Part shown: positions 1-12,605 of the stretch, in pieces
How positions within the stretch are numbered: position 1 is the first letter of the stretch
How the letters are laid out: every line of letters begins with the position of its first letter
DNA from: Eledone cirrhosa
Lineage: Eukaryota
Assembly (NCBI GenBank): GCA_964016885.1
Contig: OZ024743.1
Location: 341,186,001-341,250,000 of the forward strand
Length of the DNA: 64,000 bases
Direction of reading: 5' to 3'
Position numbers and translations under genes: made by a program
Notes under the pieces: model-generated
What the model saw: only the letters and a program-made list of their open reading frames with translations
What the model was told of the DNA's origin: nothing
Database searches by the model: none

Positions 1-21
1 TTACACTAGGTATAACGTATG

Positions 22-293
22 TGGAGGCGCATGGTCTAGCAGTAAGCGTGCTGGACTTAAGACTATAACGTCGTGGGTTCGATTCTTGGACTGGGTTGTG
101 TTCTTGAGCAAACATTTTATTTCACATTACTTCACTTTACTCAACTGAAAATGAGTACCAGAAATAGCTGGGAGTTTGATCTTGTGATGGACTAGCATCT
201 TATCTAGAGGATGAGTATGTACTCTCAGCCGCTTAACGCCATGGAAACCATGATAAACACCGGTCTAATGAGCCTCTGGCTCGAGAAACACTT
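22..293 (+). mobile_element. tRNA-headed SINE, family A (full copy)
   Basis: tRNA-like head with A box TGGTCTAGCAG and B box GGTTCGATTC, then core TGTGTTCTTGAGCAA...CTGAAAATGAGTACC. Homologous copies at 22461-22734 (-) and 17762-17872. Confidence 0.8.
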
Positions 294-666
294 TAGAATT
301 TAGAGAGATAATAATGTAGAGTTTAGTAAACCATACCATTACAAGTAAAGAATACTTTTAAAAGAAAAACGTAATTCTATTTGCTTAGAACGCGGTGACG
401 TTTGACCAAGAACATACCAATTACCATAATTAAGATGGTTAATTAATAAATTAAGACATTCATTAGCATTAAATCTTTTTCAAGAAATTCAAATAAATTA
501 TCTTATGTTGGTAGCAAACGCCGAGACAACAACCAATATCTAAGCGAAAACGACACCTGCTTTTACCATAAAAATATAGCTGGTTCGATGGAGGAAAGTT
601 ATTGCTCAGGATAGACTTAGCATTAACAACAGTACCTAAATTACTTTAATTAACTAACAACAGTAG

Positions 667-743
<77 letters not shown>

Positions 744-862
744 GAGCGTGTGTGTGTGCATGTATATATACGTAACCACTACGTTTTATAGAGATATAAT
801 AATATATTTAGTAAGCTATGAAGTTTGACGAAAATATTTACGATTTCACATCCAGACACATC

Positions 863-1050
863 ATAATTGTTTCTACTTTTGGCACAAGGCCAGCAATTAT
901 CCAGTGCATTACTGGTACTTTATTTTATCGACCCCGTAAGGATGAAAGGCAAAGTTAACCTCGGCGGGATTTGAACTCAGATGATACAGGGAGGTAACTC
1001 TATGCTTCAAAGCATGGCATCCGACCCTCTACCGATACTGCCAATCCATC
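863..1050 (-). mobile_element. tRNA-headed SINE, family B
   Basis: Core GAGTTCAAATCCCGCCGAGGTTAACTTTGCCTTTCATCCTTACGGGGTCGATAAAATAAAGTACC recurs about 20 times in the window. It resembles a Nin/Deu-type SINE core (from memory, unverified). Confidence 0.85.
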
Positions 1051-1786
1051 ATAATAAAAGTCTTTAATTACCTTAATGCCTTATATTTCTTAAATATCTT
1101 GTGTAACTGTGTCATCAACTCATATTTTGGTTCGTATATAGCATATCGTACTATCAACTAAAGTCGATTCGGTTTGACAGTTAAAGATATCGCTTCGCTT
1201 GTGCATCAGATTTTGTTTTGCATATTGTGCTTAGAACGTGTCATTCTTTCTTCCACGTCAGCTCAAATTAAGTAGACCTATGATCAAAAACTGTCGACCT
1301 GTCTCATTCCCACCTGTTCATTCTCAGCCTAGATTATTGAATTTTTTCGAACCCAAACTGACCTTCAGTAAGCAGACTTATGACGGTAGACAGAATCCTA
1401 TTGTTATTTAGCCATTACTATCCTCTATGGAACTGGCCCATAATGAATTTAATTCCAGTCATTGCCATCCCGTATTTTAAGTAATGTGTATTATAGTCTG
1501 GACTACATTATATAACATTCTTTTTTAAAAAGTATTTACTTCTTTTTAGCAAATTGAGCGATCACATCTATAAAGACATTTTGGTTTGGTAATTTCTATT
1601 CTAGAAGTGATTGATTCCTAAGAAAGTCAGCTACATGCTTTTAAATGTTGTACTAAATATTATATGTTCTTTACACACATTTGAGTTCATGAATTGGATT
1701 GCATGGGTGGAAATATATTTGTCGGCCAAACAAATTTAAGCAATAGTGATCCCATGAAATGTCCACATCCATGAAACGTTTCTTAC

Positions 1787-2015
1787 ACAAAACATAGCTG
1801 ATTTGCCATCAACTTCCAGAAGAATCCAATTTTCTCGCAAGAATAAACTATCTGTTGGTCCAACTGATCTGCTCCCGCATTCTCCGCCATCGAAATATAT
1901 ACAAACCCCTTTGGTATTGGTAGAGGGTGTAGAGAGTAGTAGGAAACACTTGCCCCCCCCCCCCCCCCCGCAGAACAGCCATTTCTCCTCACAGAAGTAT
2001 TTCCTCCTATACTAT
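1787..2015 (-). CDS. Candidate host-gene exon (229 bp), product unknown
   Basis: Acceptor TTTTATTCCTCTAG and donor GTAAGA on the minus strand. The frame is open (DSIGGNTSVRRNGCSAGGGGG...) and phase-compatible with the exon at 2294-2368. Confidence 0.4.
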
Positions 2016-2293
2016 CTAGAGGAATAAAATAATACAAATAAACATTTTCTAATAAATCTTTATTTCATACAATATTATTGATTAGATTTAATACTAATTT
2101 TACTTTTTGTAGTTTTGGAATTATCTATGGATTCAGAAAGTTTGCATCGATCGAGCGAGTTTTAAGCAAAGGAATTTTCATTATCATTATTCAGAAAGAG
2201 TTGAAGCAAATAAAGTGTTGCAAGTATTTTTTAATTATTTTGATTAACATAATGATAAATATATTTATTCTGAATTTAATGCTTAAACAGTAC

Positions 2294-2368
2294 CATTATT
2301 TATCTTTTGTGAATACGTTCTCGGCATTGTACATGAATGCAGATCTTTGTTGAAAGGTTCTGGTGTAA
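2294..2368 (-). CDS. Candidate host-gene exon (75 bp, phase 1-1)
   Basis: Acceptor CCTTTTCAAG and donor GTACTG. Only one frame is open (TPEPFNKDLHSCTMPRTYSQKINN). Confidence 0.35.
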
Positions 2369-2609
2369 CTTGAAAAGGTACATACATACATTTTTTATTA
2401 TATTTATATCATTCAGTGGCAAAGAATAGGCTGCATTTGTTATAAGTTTCCAACAAACCTACACATGGTTCACTGCTTGGCCAATCTCAGGTTCAGTACT
2501 TAAGTTACGCTCCACATAATTATCAATACATTTCATTCTTTCATTTAAATGCAATGCAGGAATCCGAGTGATGTAGCATGGTAAAAATAATGAAAGAAAT
2601 ATTATATTT

Positions 2610-2846
<237 letters not shown>

Positions 2847-3810
2847 AGAAATCAATTTTTATATTACATTTTACATACATATGAGTATATCCATTTTGAG
2901 AATGCAATGCCAAATGGTTTGCAAACCACAAACAATGTGTAATAAAGTTTGAACAGCGTGATCATGTAAACAGCGTGATCAAGTAAAAATCGATTTAATC
3001 GAGTAAAGACAAAAGAAGATCAGAGAATGATGTAAACAACTATGGCCCCTTTGGTGTAAGTTTGAAATGCAAGATCAAATAACTGTGACGGACGTTTAAT
3101 GCATTTATGAGAAATACATTTATTTCTGCAACTTCTGTTTAACAATTGAGTGGAGTTGAAGTTGTACGAAACTGACAATATAGCGTCAATAATGGTGGTG
3201 GAGGGGCAAGAACAGTAAAGTAACAAATAACATGCAATGTGCTATTTAGATACATTCTGAATTCAAAAACAGCTCTAAGGTCAATTTGTCTTTCATTGTT
3301 CACATATTCGATAAACTGAAGTAGATGTTAATTACTGAGGTTAAGTTAAGCAAATATACCAGCTACCGCCAACATTTGTGGCTATGTGCCAAATGCTAGA
3401 AATCAATATTGTGTGAAGTAAAGTGTGGTAGATTAGCAGAATATGTAGCACGTCAAACAACATGCTACTTCCTGAAATCAAATTTAGCCATTTTTTTTTA
3501 TTCATCCTTCCGGTATCTTTAAAAAAAGATTTATTGACAATTACTCCAACTTCTAAGATTGAAAATATGATTCTAAACTGTCAAAATATGTGACGATATG
3601 CTCACCTTAATAATCAATATATCTTAGCTGGTGAAACAAATTCGATTCAGGGAAAAGCAAATTGTATTGTTGTATTTAGTTACTGAGATAAGATCGCACC
3701 GACGTCGGTCGACTTTGTTTACCGTTATTCAGTTAGGGTTTGAAAATATGAATATGATTTAGGTACTGTGGTCAATATGATCGGGTATACATCACCCAAT
3801 ACATGCAATC

Positions 3811-3886
<76 letters not shown>

Positions 3887-3888
<2 letters not shown>

Positions 3889-4126
3889 AGGGAGTGTAAC
3901 TTGGAGTTACTGCAGGTTCACCCAGGTGAGCATCGGTGTTTAGATTTACCTCTGTGTTGAGGTGTAGAGCTATACAGGGTGTAATACATTGAAAGGATAA
4001 CAAGGACGATTGTTTACACCTTCATTACATTTATTGGTAGGTGCCGCGCGTTTCGCCACTGATCAGCTCAAGGTTCGATCTGTATCAATCTTACCCGACT
4101 CAATAATCGGCAGCTCGACGGACCCC
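3887..4126 (-). mobile_element. Short non-coding element, family F, with partial HHR (GAAA-stem III half), in (TA)n
   Basis: Flanked by (TA)n and homologous to 34373-34591. The minus strand reads ...CTTGAGCTGATCAGTGGCGAAACGCGCG. Confidence 0.6.
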
Positions 4127-4170
4127 ATATATATATATATACACGTATATATATATATATATATATATAT

Positions 4171-4382
4171 ATCACAGAAAAAAATCAGTGTTGCGACGAA
4201 AGGAATTTATTGGACATATTACAATTGTTTCTCGTGCGACCGAGAAGCATTTGTAATATGTCCAATACATTTCTTTCGTCGCAACACGGATTCTCTTTTT
4301 TCTGTGATATCATACTCTGCTCTATGATGGCATCGAGTGCTCATACGGCCTACAACATACGGACGCTTAAGCATCCAACACC

Positions 4383-4386
<4 letters not shown>
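4171..4386 (+). mobile_element. Family C HHR-type element, 5'-truncated with fold-back
   Basis: Inverted arms at about 4171-4235 and 4241-4309. Homologous to 46968-47290 and 12398-12565. Flanked by (TA)n. Confidence 0.75.
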
Positions 4387-4455
<69 letters not shown>

Positions 4456-4456
<1 letters not shown>

Positions 4457-4622
4457 CCGTAGTAAGATAGCAGTTTGACTCGATACTGAGGGTAGTAGAA
4501 TGGGTAATAGGAAAAGATTCAGGACCCCGACGGCTGAACTCCGGCCTTTTCGACAGTTAGATCAGTTCGGGTCTAGCTGTCGAAAAGGACGGAGCTTAGC
4601 CGTCGGGGTACCGACCCTTTTC
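4456..4622 (-). mobile_element. Family P fold-back element with HHR 3' half
   Basis: Arms 4524-4561 and 4572-4609. Tail CCTATTACCCATTCTACTACCCTCAGTATCGAGT matches 61313-61346. (TA)n flanks. Confidence 0.7.
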
Positions 4623-4763
4623 ATATATATATAAAATATTTTTCAAAATGTTAACAAATGAAAAATATTCTCATAATCAAAATATATATTTTATTATACA
4701 TATTTCAAAGGTAATATGGTGTTTAACTCCGTTTTCAAGTATGAAGTATAACTTATTTGACGG

Positions 4764-4801
<38 letters not shown>

Positions 4802-7145
4802 ACCTGTCAAATACTTTATACTTTGAAATGAATATTTTATTAAACATGTTAAAGATTTTACGATGGCACTTTTGTATTCTCGATCGTTTAATGTCCATAA
4901 AACTGAGTTAATCTCTAGACTTCATTCAGGGGATGACAATACGTCACTGGATATCCCTAATATACTATCTGTAGCTGAAGCTTATCTAAGTGAACTGGAG
5001 AAATATGAAATAAAGTGCTTTGCTCAAGGAGATAACACGTCGTTCGATCTGGATGAGTCTGTGTCATTCGTTCTCAGGTTCTACGCCCCAATTACGCGCC
5101 TTAACATTTGTTAAATAACATTCATTTAAACATAATCACCATTAAGAATTCATGCAATTCAATTTCATACAAATGTTCCGGAGTGAAAAACTGTGCAAAG
5201 TTGTTTTTTTCCTGGCGGAACTGTGAGAGTAAGACTCAAAAGAGTAATATGGGAGTCATGAGGAAAGTCAAATCTGTTAGGTGAGATAGAACAAAATAAT
5301 ATGCAGCTGCATCGTAGTATTGTTTAAAAAAACAAAATGGTGGTATCACATAAGTGGAGGCTAGGGATAAGCATGTTCATGCTAATCTGTCAGCTAAATC
5401 CTTTAAAATGAAATCTGTACGATTGTTATTGCGGTTTTTTTATGTTTGTTGATTTGATACGGCATATTTATATTAGTTGCTCGAATATAACCTATCAGAG
5501 AACTACACAAGGAACACTTCCAATATATTGACACGATAAACCAGTCTCTTACTGGTCACTTGACATGCTAGAAATAGCAGCCATGTTTTGTCATATCTCA
5601 CACTATTGTTTTAAAGAAAGAAAACTTTAACTTACTAAAATTCGCACCAAAATTCCTCCAAACCACACACTAGACATATTCTTTAATTTCGTCTGATATA
5701 CAGAATTTTTAAAACCAAGACGGAATTGATTTGATCACATGTGTTCTCTTCGGGGATGACACGTCTTTGAAAAACAAACTAAAATGTTTCAATTGAGATT
5801 TACATGAAATAATATTGTTTTTTATCCTCAGATCAGTCGTGATCCAATAGACTAATGATCGAAGATACCCACACCCAAACATACCATCGTTTCTCTCACG
5901 CACAGTTTATTCAGAGCTACATTGTCCAAACATTAATACTCTTTTTAAAACGGTAGGGTGGGATTTGAGAGATATAGGCCAGAATATTTTAGTTTTCTGC
6001 ACGACAGCGTAAATGTACCCTAGTTGACTTATAAGACATTTATTTACTCCTAAACCTATTAATTATTTTCTAATCTATTTTTAATTCCAACCATTTCTGG
6101 AAACACATTTCAATCTCACATTACGAAATGTTTCATTTATTCCAAAATAAAGCTGCCTTGATTTTTCTCCATCTTCTTTTTGTTGTTTTAATTCCTATAC
6201 AAATCTTCATTCCTTTCTCATTAGCGTCATTTATGCTCGCAAAGAATCATTTCGTCGATAAGATTATATAAGTTGGAAAATAGATAAAGTCAAAACAAAT
6301 CTGTATTGTATATGATTACAGAATTCGTAGACGTTCTATATTGGCATGATTCGAAGTTACCAACTTCAGTACTGCCGTTAGAGTTACCCTTAAAGCAGAA
6401 ACCTATATTTTTGACGATAGTGTGCTCAGCTGAAATCTCTTATTAATAGTCAAATATTCAAACAAATGAAGCTACGTAAAAGACTTAACTATGTCACCCT
6501 AGAGGTCGGGAAATTCACCACAAAAGATGTCTGCATCATAAATAAAAATGTCAGATTAAGATTTCCGCGGGATAGTTATCTACAATGTGAGATGTCGTAA
6601 ATTGCTAGGCTTTAGGACGACAGGATTAAGTATTCTTCGTAACGTTATTCACTTCAACGTTTCACCCCTCACCTCATATAATTTCAAAGCCTTTGCACAT
6701 GTTTGATGGTGTATCACATAATTTCGAATGGGACACACTATTGATACAAATATAGTTTTCTATTATACGGCTATTTTTCACGGTCATACTGAAGAAGGAG
6801 GTAAATTTGTAACAATATTGATTAATCCTATTTCAATTTCTTTCTTTTCTTTACGATAAAAATATATAAAATGAAGTACACCTCCATACAAAACCATTAA
6901 ACTTTCTCCGCAATAACTAAAGAAAGTTTACTTTAGTAACAGAAAAGTAATTTCTGCCTCGATAAATGTCAGGAGTTTCGGTATAAAATTCCTACTGCCA
7001 GAGATTGAGCACAATCGCTGGTTCTTGATTACTCAATAGACACGAAACACGAAGGAAGTCAACTATTCCCATTTCACAAAAACTAAGATGGAAACCATTT
7101 GTCGTCATACTCTACTTTTAAAGTTTAATATTACTCACTGAACAA

Positions 7146-7335
7146 GGGCGGTGGATTCGCAGTATCGGTAGAGGGTCGGACGCAATGATTTGCAGCATAG
7201 AGTTACGGCCCTTTATGATCTCAGTCCAAATCCCGCCGAGGTTAACTTTGCTTTCATCCTTACGGGGTAGATAAAATAAAGTACCAGTTACGCACTGCCC
7301 CCAAAATTGCTGGCCTTGTACCTATATAAGAAACC
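7146..7335 (+). mobile_element. SINE family B
   Basis: Same core as 863-1050, with 5' head GGGCGGTGGATT.GCAGTATCGGTAGAG. Confidence 0.85.
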
Positions 7336-7524
7336 AAAATTACTAACTGAACTACAAATAGCAATCAAATCACTCTCTATCTAAACCGTACCATCTTAGG
7401 AAGAACAATAGAAAACATGTATAGTCCAATAATGTAGTTTAGGATATATTATGCAATAGCAAAACACATTTGATCATTGTTCTACTGTATCAGGGCTGAC
7501 TGAAGTTAAATAATTTTCTCCGAT

Positions 7525-8511
7525 TAAGGCAGAAGGCCAACAATTTGGGGCAAGAGGAAAAATTGATTAAATCGACCGCAATGCGTTATACAGTGCGTTA
7601 TTGGTACTTTATTTTATCGATCCCGTAAGGATGAAAGTTGAAGTTAATCTCGGTAGGATTTGAACTAAGGATATAAAGATCCGTTACTATATACTGCAAA
7701 GCATGCTGTCTGACGCTCTACCGATACTGCCAATCCACCGCCCTACTGGAGTAAAATAATTGTTTTTATATTTTACACAAAGCCAGCAATTTGAAGGAAG
7801 GAATAGTCGATTAAACAAAACCAGTGCGTAACTGGTGCTTTATTTTGCCAACCATGTAAGGATGAAAGGCTAAGCTAGCCTCGGTGGGATTTGAACTCAG
7901 AACGTAAAGGGCAATATGCCGCAAATCATGCCTGATGTTCTACCGATACAGCCAACCCACCACTTTACTGGAGTTAAATAATGGTTTCTTATATTTAAAT
8001 AAATAATGGTTAAATAATGATTTAGTTAAATAATGTTTTTTATATTTGGAGAGGGTTATGTTTTCCTAATATTGCCAAAAATAATAAGGTCAACAATATT
8101 TTGGGGTAGGGAAAGTCGATTAAATTGACCCCAGTGCATGACTGGTACTTTATTTTATCGACTCCGTAAGCATGAAATGCAAAGTTAACCTTGGTGGGAT
8201 TTGAACTCAGATCATGAACTATATGCTGCAAAGCATGGTGTCCGATGCACTACCGATACTGCCAATCCGCTTCCCTTATTGCCAAAAATCATAATGGTTC
8301 TACTATAACCACAAGGCCAGCAATTTTGGGGGAGGGGAAACTCTATTAAATCGACCCCAGTGCGTGACTGGTACTTTATTTTATCGACCCCGTAAGGATG
8401 AAAGGCAAAGTTAACCTCGGCGGGATTTGAATTCAGATCATAAAGGGCCGTAACTCTATTCTGCAAAGCATGGCGTCCGACCCTCTACCGATATTGCCAA
8501 TCGACCGCCCT
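7525..8511 (-). mobile_element. Four head-to-tail SINE family B copies
   Basis: Core repeated at about 7600, 7830, 8140 and 8370. Confidence 0.85.
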
Positions 8512-8705
8512 AAATGAAGTCAAATAATAAAAAAAACATGAAGTAAACCTTACATATCCACGAGTCATCCAACCTGTTAGATATATAATTTGAATTCCTC
8601 TCAAAACTCAAATAAATTTATATACGCAACTTCTGCTTGTTTAAGAATGCGGTCTAGGACGTTCTGATGCAAGCTATATTCAGTAAAGGTGAATGAATGT
8701 GAAGC

Positions 8706-8761
<56 letters not shown>

Positions 8762-8862
8762 ATATGTATATATATATATGTATATTTATATATATATATA
8801 TATATATACATTTTATATATATCTATATATAATGCTGTGTGTCGGTTGAATATATATATATA

Positions 8863-9369
8863 TTAGAAATTAGAAATTATAAGCTTTCACCGTATTTTAG
8901 ATTAAAGAAATTTCTAGCCTGATAGTGGGGTTTATAACCCTCGGAGAAATGGAAAAAGATGAGTGTTGCCGTACATGGGAGTCGAACCCACATCTTTGGT
9001 TATCCAGACCAATGTGCTACCATTACATTACACCAATACCCACCCGTCTCCTTCCATTCGAACTCGCGCACCGTTTTAAAAACATACTTACATGTCTACA
9101 TTTATAATTTTCTAAGTTCATAGCTTCTAATTCGAATGGAAGGAGACGAGATGTGTATTGGTCTGGATAACCAAAGATGTGGGTTCGACTCCCATGTATG
9201 GCAACACTCATCTTTTTTCCATTTCTCCGAGGGTTATAAACCCCTCTATCAGGCTAGACATTTCTTTAGTCTAAAATACGGTGAAAGCTTATAGTTTCTA
9301 ATTTCTAATTTTCAAACTCGCACACCGTTTCAAAAACATACTTACATGTTTACATTTATAATTTGCTTG
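8863..9369 (+). mobile_element. Fold-back element in (TA)n carrying a tRNA-like gene
   Basis: Inverted arms 8863-9062 and 9131-9308; direct repeat 9061-9110 / 9315-9364; (TA)n on both sides. Confidence 0.75.
8967..9043 (-). tRNA. tRNA-like cloverleaf, anticodon loop CTGGATA (GGA); probably a pseudo-tRNA or element-borne Pol III unit
   Basis: D stem GTGT/GCAC (with a 5-bp duplication), anticodon stem TTGGT/ACCAA, T stem GTGGG/CCCAT with loop TTCGACT. Acceptor stem is weak. A T-run lies about 10 nt downstream. Confidence 0.5.
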
Positions 9370-9385
9370 TATATATATATATATA

Positions 9386-9638
9386 GTGCCTTTGCTCACT
9401 ATAAAAGCTTCACAGCACAGGCATTGCTTTATATCTGGAGATCTCTCTGCACTTGTCGTCACATGGTACCATGGGCCCAGCACTATGTGTCAATAATTGT
9501 CACAAGTGTAGTGTTTGTACCAGAGTTTTCAAGTCGCTGGCTGGACTAAAAAGTCACACTCGTTCAGCGCATTGGTAGGGGTTCTCCTACATGGATATAA
9601 AGTAGTGGCCGTACTCGAAAACGAGTTGGCAGCCACCA
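9386..9638 (+). mobile_element. 3' fragment of the RTE-derived bipartite element
   Basis: Near-identical to 36076-36330, including tail GGCCGTACTCGAAAACGAGTTGGCAGCCACCAT. Confidence 0.85.
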
Positions 9639-9691
9639 TATATATATATATATATATATATAAGCATTATATATATATATATATATATAAA

Positions 9692-9736
<45 letters not shown>

Positions 9737-9883
9737 TATATATATATATTCAACCGACACACAGTGAAGTTATCATTTTCCACGGCACCCAGCATGGCAG
9801 ACTACATGGCCAGGGCCAATTGATGACACCCCACAGGCATACCGATCAGGCACCATACACGCATTAGCACGCGGAAGTGGCTA

Positions 9884-10483
9884 ATGGTTTTGGAGATGTG
9901 CCTGGGGGCTGAGCCGCGGCCGCGGAGAGCCCCATACCTGCCAATAGAGACCAGCTGGTTGTGCCACACTCGAGGACCGGTGAGAACCGAAATAAGACGC
10001 CATTACCACGTAGGTGGACTTACAAAAATGATGCATGGACATGTAACTGCCGTGTTGGTTGGAGAGGAGTGGCCCCTGCGGGGAATGTGTATGACTGGTG
10101 GCGTTGTCTACAGATGTGTGGTTACCACGCACAACGATAGGCACACATACATCGGAGCTACATCCACAACTTTTAAATCGAGGGTGTACAACCTCAAGTG
10201 CTCGTTCAAAGACAGGAACAAGAGACACTCGACCAGATTGGCGGACTTAGTATGGAAACTCAAAGACAGTGACATAGAATTTCACCTCAGCTGGAGTATT
10301 GTACAGTGGGCGAAGGCGTACTCGGCCGGAGACAGGAAGTGCAAGTTATGCTTGTCCGAGGCTATGGAGATAGTAAAACTTAAGGGCGACGCAGTAAACC
10401 TCAAGTCTGAAATCATCATAGCATGCAGACACCAACGTAAATGCACGCTCTCCGCCATAGTGATACTGGATGGATCTACCTAA
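9884..10483 (+). pseudogene. Penelope-like element C-terminal GIY-YIG endonuclease (Naiad-like), 5'-truncated
   Basis: Motifs GVVYRCVV...TYIGATSTTFKSR...WSIV...CKLCLSE...CRH. Upstream CNCR...PL.G.C is restored after removing a 4-bp TTGG duplication at about 10055. Confidence 0.8.
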
Positions 10484-12304
10484 CGCACCACGACACCACA
10501 ACACCACGTGGGGCGCCTGCAGTGGACCACGATAGAACACTGCCTAACTATGAATGCATGACAGAACAGGCTGATAGCAAAGACAGATCCATCGATACCT
10601 ACCTCGTAGAACACCTTAATAGCACAACAACACCAATTTGCGGACACCGGCTCATTATAAGTAGGATTGGGTCTACAACCCTATGTCTGGTTTTAAATTT
10701 TCAAATTTTTAAATTTAAACATTTTTAAATTGTTGATTTCCGATATTCGATTCGTGGTGTTTAATTTGCTACTTGAATGATGGACATGATGCTGGTCTTA
10801 AGGTTAATGTCGCAGTTAATTGTAATGTTGGTGTTAATTTTATTTCTAATTTTAATTTCAAATTTTAATTTTGTCATATACACATTTTGTGATATACACA
10901 CGCACACAACGCATGCCGATGGCACATTACAATCATGCACACACTCCACGTGCATTCCATATACACTGTTATGAAACACATACCCTTTATATTCCATGTA
11001 TACATAAACCCCATGTACATCTCATTTATACTTTTATGAAATGGATGTTAGACATACCCACAATATGTATAACCTTTTTGTATACGCACGCACGCCCCAC
11101 ATCTATCCACAAGTCACGAGACCTGCATCATGCGCAGGCTCCCACCTAGTGCCTCAGATCACTAGCCCCCATGTATATTATAGAAACATTTGCACGACAG
11201 CCCCAAGTATTGTATGCAACTTTACGCACACCCAGATAATGCCCGGACCACCTCTGCATCCTTGTCACTTATGCATTCACTTTTTCCAGCATTTTATTTT
11301 ATTTTATTTTATTTTATTATTGTATATTATTTCATTATTATATTATTTTATGTCATGTACGTACAGGCATTTTTATGTATGTGCCACCCAAGCTATATGT
11401 GATTAGTCCAAGGATATTGTGCTGCCTTAACATTTATGCATATTGTGCAGGCACCTTCGGACTAATACCGCTACGTGATCGGGTTGGGTCAAAGCCTCAT
11501 AAGCGTTGTCTCATATAATACTGTGTGCACCATCTGCACAGCTGCGCGTGTGAAGACGGATGAGGGGGTACTCATCAGGTATATGCCTCTGGTGTGGGCG
11601 CACGCGGTTGTATGTATGTATGTCCACAGACATGCATGAGCACGTGTGTGCTCATACCTGGGTCGATGTATTCGTGTGAGCATGTCTGCGTGGGGGTATG
11701 GATTTTTCTTTTTTCATATGCGGCGTCTTGGCTATGCGTGCTTCCCTGAGTCCAGTGTGTGAGAGTAGACTTGGGTGTATTTGTTGAAAACACCTTTGAT
11801 ATAGCATTTCTGTTTGAAAGGCTGTTGCAAGCTTTCATTAAAAAACATTCTTAATACAAGTTTTTTTTCTTTTTCTTTTTTTTTTTGAAATATGTAAGGT
11901 GGAGGGTATTCTAGGGCTGTGTCCTAGAAATGTTATGCTAAATTTCCCTATAATTTATCTTTTAAAAATTCCCTCGAAACATTATTTACAATGACTGCCG
12001 CATACAGTATACTTGAGGGTGTGTACCTGACCATTATGGACGAGGGCGCCTAGGGACAATGAAGACGTCGAAGTGATGCCAGCTGTTCAAGATTACAGCC
12101 CCTCTCCCACCACAGTAGTAATTCTGATATATGAAGACATTTTGATTGACAGGTGGAGAAGGTGAAAAGCCAAACAGTGGGCAGCCATGAGTGGCTAGAA
12201 ATACCGATGACGTGTACAATTCTTGACCACTCATGGAATGACAACAACAGGATCTAAATCAACAAACGAAGGAATTCGATGTTAAAGGACAATAGGAAAA
12301 TTTG

Positions 12305-12361
12305 ATTCGTAGAATCGAAACGTATCCGAAGACCACGTGATTTCAGAGTCAGGTTTGACTC

Positions 12362-12365
<4 letters not shown>
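12305..12365 (+). mobile_element. Family C fragment (HHR 5' half) ending in a short fold-back
   Basis: CGTAGAATCGAAACGTATCCGAAGA...TTCAGAGTCAGGTTTGACTCTGAA matches the minus strand of 47150-47200. Confidence 0.55.
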
Positions 12366-12398
<33 letters not shown>

Positions 12399-12441
12399 CA
12401 TAAGAAACGGAGAATCAGCGGTGTGACGAATACGATTTATA

Positions 12442-12538
12442 AGACATATTAGAATCGTATCTCTAGCGACCAGCTCGAGGCACGATCGATGCAATGATCA
12501 AATCTGACTCTTCAACCGCAAGATCCTCAGATATGTCT
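12442..12538 (-). ncRNA. Type I hammerhead ribozyme motif (family C; GAAA mutated to GATA)
   Basis: Stem I AGACATAT/ATATGTCT, core CTGAGGA, stem II TCTTGCGG/TCGCTAGA with a long insert, then GATA-CGATTC-TA. Confidence 0.7.
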
Positions 12539-12563
12539 CGATTCTACGAAGCAGAGTTTGCAA

Positions 12564-12605
<42 letters not shown>

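Noticed and set aside
22-95. tRNA gene
   Set aside because: It is the head of SINE family A and continues into the SINE core.
2459-2580. Further host exon ([21 protein letters not shown]...)
   Set aside because: The open frame hits TAG at the plausible donor and its phase does not match the next exon.
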